This document shows positions 28,018 to 36,999 of a stretch of DNA of 64,000 nucleotides, piece by piece. The stretch's first letter is position 1; the number at the start of each line of letters is the position of its first letter. The notes beneath the pieces are model-generated. The model worked only from the letters and a program-made list of their open reading frames with translations, ran no database searches and was not told the DNA's origin. Origin of the DNA: an uncultured Bacteroidales bacterium (GTDB taxonomy: Bacteria; Bacteroidota; Bacteroidia; Bacteroidales; GCA-2748055); assembly GCA_963792395.1 (NCBI GenBank), contig CAWBWE010000006.1, forward strand, positions 14,973 through 78,972, in the 5' to 3' direction. The translations under genes were made by a program, and so were the position numbers.

Positions 28018-28617
28018 ATGAAACAAAGTATAAGTAACAAGATGGAAAGTGTAATGCACTCCGGATTTAGTGATGACCAGTTGATCAGCCAGTTCCTGAA
28101 AGGGGATATGGACTGCTTCGGAGTTTTATACAGCAGATATTATCCCAAAGTTTATGCCAGGTGCTATTCCTTTTCAAGGAATGGGGACGATGCCTTTGAC
28201 ATGACTCAGGAAATACTGCTGAAGGCCATATCCAACCTGGGTTCATTCGGGGGCAACTCCAAATTCTCCACCTGGTTATATTCCATAGCGACCAACTATT
28301 GTATTACGCAGGCCGGTAAGAAAAGCCGCAAATACCATGAAGATGTAAAAGCAGCTTATGAGCTCCTGGATGAGCGGATGGATGAGGAAGATTATAGAGA
28401 AAGGCTGAAATGGGAGGCCCTGGAATCAAATCTGGATGAATACCTCGATTTGCTGCCCGAAGAGGAACGACAGCTACTGGAACTGAAATACCGGAAAAAC
28501 TTCTCGGTGAAAGACCTGCAGAAAGAATTTGACCTCTCTGCCAGTGCAGTAAAAATGCGTTTACACCGGGCAAGGATGAAGGTGAGCCTGCTGATCAGTA
28601 TCGAGGAAGCTGCTTAA
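28018..28617 (+). CDS. ECF sigma-70 factor (ECF-2), paralog of ECF-1
   Basis: LYSRYYPKVY..CYSF, SF.GNSKFSTWLYSIATNYC, SASAVKMRLHRAR. Confidence 0.93.
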   Translation: MKQSISNKMESVMHSGFSDDQLISQFLKGDMDCFGVLYSRYYPKVYARCYSFSRNGDDAFDMTQEILLKAISNLGSFGGNSKFSTWLYSIATNYCITQAGKKSRKYHEDVKAAYELLDERMDEEDYRERLKWEALESNLDEYLDLLPEEERQLLELKYRKNFSVKDLQKEFDLSASAVKMRLHRARMKVSLLISIEEAA

Positions 28618-28623
28618 CCAGAT

Positions 28624-29277
28624 TCAGGCCTCATCCAGAAACCCTTTCTGGATGGCAAATTTTACCAATCCGGCAGTGTTTTTCACGCCGAGTTTCTCCA
28701 GAAGATTTCTCCGGTGCGTATCCACGGTGCGGATACTGATAAACAGCTTGTCTGCGATCTCGGAATTGGAAAATTCCTGAGCGATCAATTTAAGCACCTC
28801 GATTTCTCTGGAGGATATGGGGATCTCAGCACTCTTTTTTCTCGAAGAGGCCGGTTTGTGCAGCTGCTCAATTAATATCGCGGAGACTTCTCTGCTGAAA
28901 TAACTGTCACCTTTGGACACAGATCGAATTGCCGTGAGCACTTCATCCTTTCCGGTATTTTTCAGCAGGAATCCAATGGCCCCCTTCTCCAGCGCCTGGA
29001 TTACAAAATCGTGCAATCCCATCATGGACAATATCAGAACTTTTGTCCCGGGGTGTTTCTGAGAAACCAGCTCCGTGATCTCAATCCCGTTTGGTTTCCC
29101 GATATCAATGTCCAGAACCAGAACATCTACCTCCAGACGGTCCATTTTTTCAATGACTTCAAGTCCGTTGGCAGCTTCATCCACGACCACCATGTCCTTC
29201 TCTTTTTCCAGAATGGACCGGACCCCTTCCCTGAAGATCTTATGATCATCCGCTAACAGAACTCTGATTTTATCCAT
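28624..29277 (-). CDS. NarL/LuxR-family response regulator
   Basis: LADDH, VLVLDI, GFLLK receiver; ISSREIEVLKLIAQ...TVDTHRRNLLEKLG HTH. Confidence 0.95.
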   Translation of the reverse strand: MDKIRVLLADDHKIFREGVRSILEKEKDMVVVDEAANGLEVIEKMDRLEVDVLVLDIDIGKPNGIEITELVSQKHPGTKVLILSMMGLHDFVIQALEKGAIGFLLKNTGKDEVLTAIRSVSKGDSYFSREVSAILIEQLHKPASSRKKSAEIPISSREIEVLKLIAQEFSNSEIADKLFISIRTVDTHRRNLLEKLGVKNTAGLVKFAIQKGFLDEA

Positions 29278-29302
29278 GACCGTTCATTTGTATGATTAGT
29301 GA

Positions 29303-30313
29303 TTAGAGAGGGATCTCAATACTTGCGGTGGTCCCCATTTTTTCGTGCGAATCGAGGATGAAGGCACCGTTTAAGGTCCTGACTCTGGTCTCAATGTTCG
29401 TTAATCCGATTCCAAAATCCTCCAGCCTGTTTTTATTATGTTGGAAGCCCCTGCCATCATCTTCCACCATCAGTACAATGCTTTTATCATGCTTAATTAA
29501 CTGGACCAGTATTTCTGAGGCTGCGGCGTGTTTCACGGAATTGTTTATCAGTTCCTGCCCGCACCGGTAAAGATTAAGCTCCAGATCGTTCTCAAACCTG
29601 ATCTCAGGTCCAATATTGCTATAAAACTCCACTTTGGTCTTAATGGAATTATTCAGCTTGGTAATCAGGTTATTAAAGGCGGAATACATTCCAAATTCCT
29701 CCAGGAGCCTCGGAATTAAATAGTGAGAGAGGTTACGAAGATCATTGGTGATGGAATCCAGAGTCTGACGGATATTCACCAGTTTTTCTTCGTCCATATG
29801 TTGGCTCCGGTTCATAGGATCATCCATAAATGCATCCAGCTCAAGCTTGGAATAGGAGAGTAAGGGCCCGATACCATCGTGGATTTCCATGGCTATTCTT
29901 CTGCGCTCAATTTCCTGTCCAGCGATGATGGATTGAATGGACTCGGTCTCCATCTCTTTCAGCCTGGTAACCTCGTTAATGATACAAATAAAGCCATCCT
30001 GAATGCTGACCCCCTTGACGACAATAAAGCGGTCCTTAAGGTTAAGCACCTCTGTATTGAATGACTTTCTTTTCTTTTCCTGAAAAATACTCAGTTTGTC
30101 AAGCAGGATGGGGATGTGAGTAATGCACTCTGAAAAATTCCGGCCGGTAATTTTTTTGTTCAGCGGGCTTATCTGCAACAATAACTTTGCCAGATGGTTG
30201 GCACGGGTCACACGGCCCGATCCATCCACCGAGATAATTCCAAGGGGTGCAAACTTCATCAGAGAAGCAAGAAAGTCTTCCGCATCAAACGAATTTGATT
30301 GTTCCAATTCCAA
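29303..30313 (-). CDS. Cytoplasmic PAS + HisKA_3 sensor histidine kinase
   Basis: ERRRIAMEIHDGIG H-box, QELINNSVKHA, EDDGRGF, GIGLTNI; no TM segment; TTG start. Confidence 0.92.
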   Translation of the reverse strand: MELEQSNSFDAEDFLASLMKFAPLGIISVDGSGRVTRANHLAKLLLQISPLNKKITGRNFSECITHIPILLDKLSIFQEKKRKSFNTEVLNLKDRFIVVKGVSIQDGFICIINEVTRLKEMETESIQSIIAGQEIERRRIAMEIHDGIGPLLSYSKLELDAFMDDPMNRSQHMDEEKLVNIRQTLDSITNDLRNLSHYLIPRLLEEFGMYSAFNNLITKLNNSIKTKVEFYSNIGPEIRFENDLELNLYRCGQELINNSVKHAAASEILVQLIKHDKSIVLMVEDDGRGFQHNKNRLEDFGIGLTNIETRVRTLNGAFILDSHEKMGTTASIEIPL

Positions 30314-30397
30314 CTGTTTTTGTTGCCTGCTGTAAAAGTAGGCAGCAAATCATTCTGCGCCAAATAAAAAAAGAGCGGAAAATTTCGATCCCAACAT

Positions 30398-30425
30398 GTG
30401 ACCAAGGCTAACTATCGTGTCCCAA
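30398..30425 (+). promoter_or_regulatory. ECF-type promoter GTGACC-N15-GTCCCAA
   Basis: 17 nt upstream of the ATG at 30443; heads the USP-to-epimerase operon. Confidence 0.78.
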
Positions 30426-30442
30426 CAAAAAACCTTATCCTG

Positions 30443-31387
30443 ATGAGCAGACAAAGAATTCTGGTGCCTGTGGACGTAGATGCTCAATCTGATGCCGCAT
30501 TGGACTTTGCCCGGACCATAGCCACCCGTTTGAATGCAATGATTTCTTGTTTGTATGTGATTGATGAGAAAAAACTTCACACAAGCAAGCAAACAAGCAA
30601 GGAAGCCAGGCTAAAACAAAGACGGGAGGCAGAGAACAAACTTTCCGAAAAAGTGCATTCCGCTCTGAGTGATTCGAAAACACCTTTTGAGCTCATTGTC
30701 ACTTCGGGAAAAGTTCACGAAAAGATCCTGGAAAAGTCTGTAGAGCTGAATGCCCAGCTTATTATACTGAGTAAATCCAACTCCGGAGATCATCGAAAGA
30801 AACGAATAGGACCAGGCACAAAATACATTCTTTCAAACGCTCAGATTCCGGTAATATACCTGGGGAGAAACAGACTGGTGAACAGGGAAAATATTATTGT
30901 CCCGCTGGATCTGTTTAAGCCCATTGGGAGCCAGGTGGTATGTGCCATCGATACCGCCATGCTTCTGGGCGCTGCAGTTACCGTGATCTCCGTGATTGAA
31001 AAAGAGAAACTTAGCCTGCGGCCAGTATATCTGAAAAGACTGAAAGAAATCAGGCTGGTCCTGAGAGATATTAAAATCGACTGCACCTCGCTTCTTCTTA
31101 CTGCACAGGAATCTGTCGCGGACGAAATATTGTCCTTTTCAACAAAACCAGACTCCGCCATACTCCTGTTGCAAACAAATAACAGCATGAAAGCAAAAGA
31201 TCCGGCCATCGGATCTGTAGCCGCCGAGCTGATCCTGAAATCCGGGATCCCTGTTCAATGCATCAATTCGAATTTCGAATGCAGGAAGTTGGTGGATGAG
31301 TCCGGAGATTTTGTAAAAGCCAGTTCCCTGTCCTGGTTCTCCTTAAAGGATCATCTCATTAACAATCAACAAGAATTAGAAGTATGA
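30443..31387 (+). CDS. Universal stress protein (tandem USP domains)
   Basis: RILVPVD...S.AAL, IGPGTKYIL....IPV, IIVPLD, IGSVAAELI...IPV. Confidence 0.85.
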   Translation: MSRQRILVPVDVDAQSDAALDFARTIATRLNAMISCLYVIDEKKLHTSKQTSKEARLKQRREAENKLSEKVHSALSDSKTPFELIVTSGKVHEKILEKSVELNAQLIILSKSNSGDHRKKRIGPGTKYILSNAQIPVIYLGRNRLVNRENIIVPLDLFKPIGSQVVCAIDTAMLLGAAVTVISVIEKEKLSLRPVYLKRLKEIRLVLRDIKIDCTSLLLTAQESVADEILSFSTKPDSAILLLQTNNSMKAKDPAIGSVAAELILKSGIPVQCINSNFECRKLVDESGDFVKASSLSWFSLKDHLINNQQELEV

Positions 31388-32457
31388 ATAACCTCATAAA
31401 TATGCTCGATGGAGCAAACCCTGAAATTCCCGGTGTATCCAAAGAAACGCTTTTGCTCAGCGATGATGTGGGGAATAGAACACTCTCTCTGAGCGACCGG
31501 ATCGTATCCTTCGAAGATATCATGAATCTGGAGGTGGGAGATACCTCCTTCACCCGGGCCAGAAACCTGGAGCGGGAATCCGGGATCAGGCAGTTATTCC
31601 TGAAATTTGAGGGCAATAATCCCACGGGGACCCAGAAGGACCGCATCGCTTTCAGCCAGTGCCACGATGCCCTGAGAAGGGGATTTGACACCATCACTGT
31701 TGCCTCGTGCGGCAATTACGGAGCCGCCATAGCGCTGGCAGCCAAGCTGGCGGGTCTTGAATGCAGGATCTTTATCCCGGAAAATTATCATACCACCAGA
31801 ATTCAGGAAATGGAGGCCTATGGGGCCCGCGTGGAACGATTCCAGGGAAGCTATGAAGAATCGGTTATTCATTCCATTGAGCAGGCCAGCTCTTCGGAAT
31901 GGTATGATGCCAACCCGGGAGGCGCCAATACCCCCCTGCAGATCATGTCCTATGCTGAAATTGCCAATGAAATATACGATGTGCTGCGTGATGCTCCGAA
32001 AATGGTGGCGGTTCCGGTCTCCAACGGAACCCTTCTCACCGGGGTGTACCGGGGATTTGTAAATCTGTATAAGCGGGGAAAAACCTCCAGGATCCCTAAA
32101 ATGATTGCAGCCTCCTCCACGCATAAGAATCCCATTGTTTTCGCCTATAAGAAAAACCTGGATCGCTGCATTGATCTGACTCCGGAAAGCATCAAGGAAA
32201 CAAAGATAAATGAACCCCTGATAAACTGGCATAGTTTCGATGGAAACGAGGCCCTCTATTCCATCAGGGCATCCCATGGAGCCGCCTATGATATCAGTGA
32301 TGATAAAATGCTTCGCCTTACCAGGATTCTGAAGGAAAAGGAGGGCTTACATGTGCTCCCTGCTTCAACGGCCGGACTGGCAGCCCTGTTTGGGGTTCAT
32401 GCCATGGAAGAGCTGGAAGCAGACAGATATGTGGTCTTACTTACAGGAAAAAAATAA
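31384..32457 (+). CDS. Threonine-synthase-like fold-type II PLP enzyme
   Basis: LKFEGNNPTGTQKDR (PLP Lys), ASCGNYGAA, VPVSNGT, PASTAGLA, LLTG. Confidence 0.88.
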   Translation: MNNLINMLDGANPEIPGVSKETLLLSDDVGNRTLSLSDRIVSFEDIMNLEVGDTSFTRARNLERESGIRQLFLKFEGNNPTGTQKDRIAFSQCHDALRRGFDTITVASCGNYGAAIALAAKLAGLECRIFIPENYHTTRIQEMEAYGARVERFQGSYEESVIHSIEQASSSEWYDANPGGANTPLQIMSYAEIANEIYDVLRDAPKMVAVPVSNGTLLTGVYRGFVNLYKRGKTSRIPKMIAASSTHKNPIVFAYKKNLDRCIDLTPESIKETKINEPLINWHSFDGNEALYSIRASHGAAYDISDDKMLRLTRILKEKEGLHVLPASTAGLAALFGVHAMEELEADRYVVLLTGKK

Positions 32458-32465
32458 GATAGAGA

Positions 32466-33539
32466 ATGCTTACGCAAAAAGAAAACGCGGTCGTGTATTG
32501 CGAGGGTGCGTTCAATACCCCCAATGGCAAAACCGCTCATGGGCTGGTCCGTTTTACAGAACGCTACAAGATATGTTCGGTCATCGACTCCAGGTACCAG
32601 GGTTCTGATTCCGGGATGATCCTGGATGGACGGCCCAATGGCATTCCCGTAGTTCAGAACTTTAATGAAGCACTGATTGCCGCTACAAAAAGCAGGGACA
32701 TGATCAGGTACTTCATTATGGGAATTGCGCCGGATGGAGGAAGGATTCCGGAGAATGCCCTTCTGCCCATTGTCTCAGCCATAAAAGCAAGGATCAGCAT
32801 TGTAAGCGGACTCCATGATTTTCTTACAGAGGATGAAACCCTGGTGGAGCTGGCAAACAGTCATAATTGCGAGCTTCTGGATATCCGGAAACCTCCCAGA
32901 CGGAGTGAGTTGCATTTTTTTTCCGGGAAAATTGAAAAAGTAAGCAGTCCGAAAATAGCCATTCTGGGCACCGATTCGGCTATCGGGAAGCGGACCACTG
33001 CCTGGCTTCTGGTCCATGCGTTCCGGGCGGCGGGAAAAAAGGTTGAAATGATCGGGACCGGTCAGACGGCCTGGCTACAGGGGGCCAGATATTCCATTGT
33101 GCTTGATTCACTGGTCAATGATTTTGTTTCGGGCGAAATAGAGCATGTCATACATACAGCCTGGAAACAGGTAAAACCGGAGTTTATCATCCTGGAGGGC
33201 CAGGGCAGCCTGCTGAATCCAGCCTACCCCGGGGGATATGAGTTGATCGCCGCCGGAAGGCCCGACTTCATCGTACTCCAGCATGCCCCCAGAAGAAAGG
33301 AATATGACGGCTTTCCCGGTTACCCCATCCACGATCTGAAACGACAGCTGGAAGCGGTACAGATCATCTCGGGAAAGGAGGTGGTGGCCATCACCGTGAA
33401 TCACGAAGGAATGGCAAAGGAGGAAATCGTCGGGGAGTGTCAGAAGATCACGGAAGAAACGGGATTACCGGCATTTGATGTCCTGGAATATGGTGCAGAT
33501 GGATTAATGGAAGTGATCTTAACAAAAATAAACAGATAA
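32466..33539 (+). CDS. DUF1611 family protein (DgcN-like D-amino-acid N-acetyltransferase family)
   Basis: GKTAHGLVR, GIAPDGG, GLHDFL, GTDSAIGKRTT, TGQT, EGQGSL. Confidence 0.88.
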   Translation: MLTQKENAVVYCEGAFNTPNGKTAHGLVRFTERYKICSVIDSRYQGSDSGMILDGRPNGIPVVQNFNEALIAATKSRDMIRYFIMGIAPDGGRIPENALLPIVSAIKARISIVSGLHDFLTEDETLVELANSHNCELLDIRKPPRRSELHFFSGKIEKVSSPKIAILGTDSAIGKRTTAWLLVHAFRAAGKKVEMIGTGQTAWLQGARYSIVLDSLVNDFVSGEIEHVIHTAWKQVKPEFIILEGQGSLLNPAYPGGYELIAAGRPDFIVLQHAPRRKEYDGFPGYPIHDLKRQLEAVQIISGKEVVAITVNHEGMAKEEIVGECQKITEETGLPAFDVLEYGADGLMEVILTKINR

Positions 33540-35859
33540 TGTCGGAGGGAATTCGCTCTTTAGTATTTTTTGACAGGCTGAGCGTCAGCGAAATCGTCGT
33601 GGAGCCAAAACGGGTAAAAGCCAGAATTAGCCTGGCACTGAAATCCGGCGGGGAGGTTCACAATGAATTGATCTATTCCTATTCCGAACAGGTATTTGAG
33701 CAGAAAGCTTCTTCCTTTAATCTGGCGTCCATGATGGTCAGTCAGCTGGCCATAAACTATGGCCTGTTCTGTGAGGAAATGATCTTTGACGGCTTATTCG
33801 ATGATACGGACAAACGGTTTATCCTGGATGCACTTGAAAACACCTCCAGGGAAATTTATGTGAACAAATTTCTTGCAAAGAACGTGTTTCTGGTGGCTCC
33901 CTATGACCAGCTCTCCCTGGAAAAACAGAAGCGTTATACCGCGGCCAGGGTCAGTTTTCTGAATACCCGCTTTCCGGTGGAGGAAATGCACTGGGAACAC
34001 AGCGATACCCTGAGCAACAGCTACCTGGTTATGAGCAGCGGAGGAAAGGACAGCCTCCTGAGTTACGGATTACTGAAGGAACTGGGCCATGAGGTCCACC
34101 CCGTGTTCATCAATGAATCGGGCCGCCACTGGTACACGGCCACCAACGCCTTTACCTACCTGAGCGAAAACGAAGCAAATACGGCCAAGGTCTGGTCCAA
34201 CAGCGACCGCATTTTTAACTGGGTAATCCGCCAGATGCCCTGTATCCGGAAGGACTATAAATCGGTTCGCGCCGATATTTACCCCATCCGCCTGTGGACC
34301 GTGGCGGTCTTCCTGTTTGGCATTCTTCCCCTGGCTCAAAAAAGAAAGATCCGGAACATTGTCATCGGGAACGAATATGACACCACGATGAAGACCAACT
34401 TCAAGGGCATCACCCATTATGATTCCCTCTTCGATCAGAGCAAGTACTTTGACAATGCCCTGGCCCGCTACTATACAAAAAAAGGCTGGAGCCAGTTCCA
34501 GTTCTCCCTCTTAAGGAGCCTGTCCGAGTTACTGATCCAAAAGATCCTGGTGAAAAGATATCCCCATCTTCAGGCGCACCAGATCTCCTGTCATGCAGCG
34601 CATATAAAGGACAAACGGGCCTATCCCTGCGGGAAATGTGAGAAATGCAGGAGAATCGTAGCCATGCTGAAGGCCCTGGACGAAGATCCCGCGCATTGTG
34701 GTTATACCCAGGAACAGATGGATCATGCCCTTAAAACCATCACAGCCAAGGGAGTGAAGCAAATTGGTTCAGATGCCGCCCATCTCTTTCATCTCTTGCT
34801 TGAAAAGGAGCTTATTCAGAAAGATTCCCTCTCTGCAGGTCAGGCCGCGAATAATCCCGAGATCCTGAAGCTGAGGTTTGACAATGAAAGAAGCAGCCTG
34901 AATGATATGCCCCTGAAGCTTTATAAAGAGCTGCTTGGAATCTATCTCACCTATGCGGATGGTGCCGTTCAGAAACAGAAGAGGAAGTGGATAGAGTTTA
35001 ATGCCCTGGATGAGCTGGATCATTCTACCGCTTATCCCTTCGAACTGGGCAGCGGACATCTCAAGGGATATAACTCCAAATCGGAGTATCACTGGGCGAC
35101 CTTTACCTGGAAAGAAATTGAGAAAAAGCTGGAACAGGTGGATACCGCCATCCTGCCCTGCGGGTCCATTGAGCAGCACGGGCCTCACCTGCCGGTGGAT
35201 GTAGATTATTTCGACAGCGTATACCTGGCCGATAAGGTGGCCGAGGCCTGCAGTACCCCGAAACCCTTCGTTCTCCCCCCCTGCCCTATGGGGTGGCCTA
35301 CCATCACGAAGATTTCAAGGGAACCATCAGCATCTCCAACCATACCCTGTCGGCCCTGGTATTTGATATCGGGAAAAGCCTGGCTCACAATGGAATCAAA
35401 AAACTGATCATCCTGAATGGCCATGGAGACAATGCCCCCACGCTTTTGTATGCTGCCCAGATGATTAACAGGGAAACGGGAATATTTGTCTGTGTCGAAA
35501 CGGGAGAAACCAGTGATATGGATCTGTATGAACTGGTGGATACTCCAAATGATATCCATGCCGGGGAAATAGAAACAAGTACCTGCCTGGCCATACGTCC
35601 GGAGCTGGTTAAAATGGAGCTGGCGGTAAATGAGACCATGAACTTCGGCAGTTCCTATCTGGACTATACCTCTGAAAGAGGGGTGGCCTGGTATGTCCGG
35701 ACCAAGATCATTTCAGAATCCGGGGTGATGGGCAATCCCACCCTGGCTACCAGGGAGAAAGGCAAAAAACTATGGGAGATCATGATTGCGCATCTGGTCC
35801 GCTTTGTGGAAGAGGTCAAGAAAAGCAAACTGGAGGATCTCTACCAGCGCAAATACTAA
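33539..35859 (+). CDS. Fusion of a PP-loop adenine-nucleotide alpha-hydrolase domain (QueC/MurL-like) and a creatininase-family amidohydrolase; one-base frameshift in a C run at 35275-35281
   Basis: SSGGKDS and SC..CGKCEKC, then GSIEQHGPHLP, NGHGDN, HAGEIETS; adding one C gives LPPLPYGVAYHH and a single 773-aa ORF. Confidence 0.82.
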
Positions 35860-35866
35860 GAGAACC

Positions 35867-36949
35867 ATGAAAATAAAAGGAACGCTCTGTCAGGTCCGGA
35901 AGATGAAGCTGACAGAACCCTATTCTATTGCCTATGAATCCATAGATACCTGTGAAGGCGTTTTTATTCGTATCCACACTGAAACGGGTAACACCGGGCT
36001 TGGGTTTGCTGCTCCGGATCCGGAGGTGACGGGGGAGACTGCTGCGGAAGTCCTGGAATGCTTCCATTCCACCATGGAACCCTTGCTGAAAGGAAACGAT
36101 GTGTTTGCCTACGCCAGGATCATGGAATCTCTGAAGGAGAGTCTTCCCAAAAACCCCTCTGCCCGGGCCCTGGTGGACCTGGCCCTGTACGATCTGCTTG
36201 GACAGAAAGCAGGGCTTCCCCTTTACAAACTCCTGGGAGGGTTTCGAACGAAGATGGCCACCAGTATAACCATTGGTATTATGCCGCTGGAAAGGACCCT
36301 GGAACTTGCCGGGGAACATCTCAAAAAGGGGTTCAGAATCCTGAAGATCAAAGGGGGTATAAATTTGGACGAAGACATTGAGCGGATCATCCGGGTAAGA
36401 GAACTGGCCGGGCCTGAGATCAGGATCCGCTTTGATGCCAACCAGGGATATAGCCTGGAGGATTCCGTTCGCTTCGTAAAAGAAACCGAAGATTCTGACG
36501 TGGAATTGCTGGAACAGCCCACCCATAAAAATGACCTGGAGCTTCTTAAGAAAGTGACCCTGAAATCCTCCATTCCGGTGATGGCCGATGAAAGTCTGCT
36601 GTCCCTTTCGGATGTATTTCAGCTCTCGAAACATGGAAGCTCCGATCTGATCAACATTAAACTGATGAAGACCGGAGGCATCATGGAGGCCATGCATATT
36701 AACTCCGTGGCCCGGGCAGCAGGCATCAAGGCCATGGTGGGATGTATGGATGAATCGGCCCTGGGGATTTCTGCCGCCCTGCATTTTGCCCTCAGCAGGC
36801 CCAATGTGGAGTATGCCGACCTGGACGGGCACCTGGATGTGGAGGAAGATCCCTTCGGCGGCTTGCTCCAGATCAGGGATGGATTTATCCTGCCCCCGGA
36901 GGCCCCCGGACTGGGTTGGATTGGCAGGAAAGCGGATCCTTTTGAGTGA
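35867..36949 (+). CDS. Dipeptide epimerase (L-Ala-D/L-Glu epimerase / DgcA-like, enolase superfamily)
   Basis: KIKG, DANQG, EQP, ADES, NIKLMKTGG, GCM.ES, DLD. Confidence 0.9.
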   Translation: MKIKGTLCQVRKMKLTEPYSIAYESIDTCEGVFIRIHTETGNTGLGFAAPDPEVTGETAAEVLECFHSTMEPLLKGNDVFAYARIMESLKESLPKNPSARALVDLALYDLLGQKAGLPLYKLLGGFRTKMATSITIGIMPLERTLELAGEHLKKGFRILKIKGGINLDEDIERIIRVRELAGPEIRIRFDANQGYSLEDSVRFVKETEDSDVELLEQPTHKNDLELLKKVTLKSSIPVMADESLLSLSDVFQLSKHGSSDLINIKLMKTGGIMEAMHINSVARAAGIKAMVGCMDESALGISAALHFALSRPNVEYADLDGHLDVEEDPFGGLLQIRDGFILPPEAPGLGWIGRKADPFE

Positions 36950-36973
36950 CCACTGATGAAAACGCGGTCTAAT
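36946..36973 (+). promoter_or_regulatory. ECF-type promoter GTGACC-N15-GTCTAAT
   Basis: Overlaps the epimerase stop, upstream of the ATG at 37000. Confidence 0.72.
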
Positions 36974-36999
36974 TATTGGGACCTCTTTAAAAAACAGCT

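Noticed and set aside
31384-32457. Assigning the symbol thrC
   Set aside because: The context lacks thrA/thrB, and family membership alone does not establish the reaction.
35275-35281. Programmed frameshift or phase-variable poly-C tract in the creatininase fusion
   Set aside because: The tract is only 7 nt, the break falls inside a catalytic domain, and similar homopolymer indels occur throughout the window. An assembly error is more likely.
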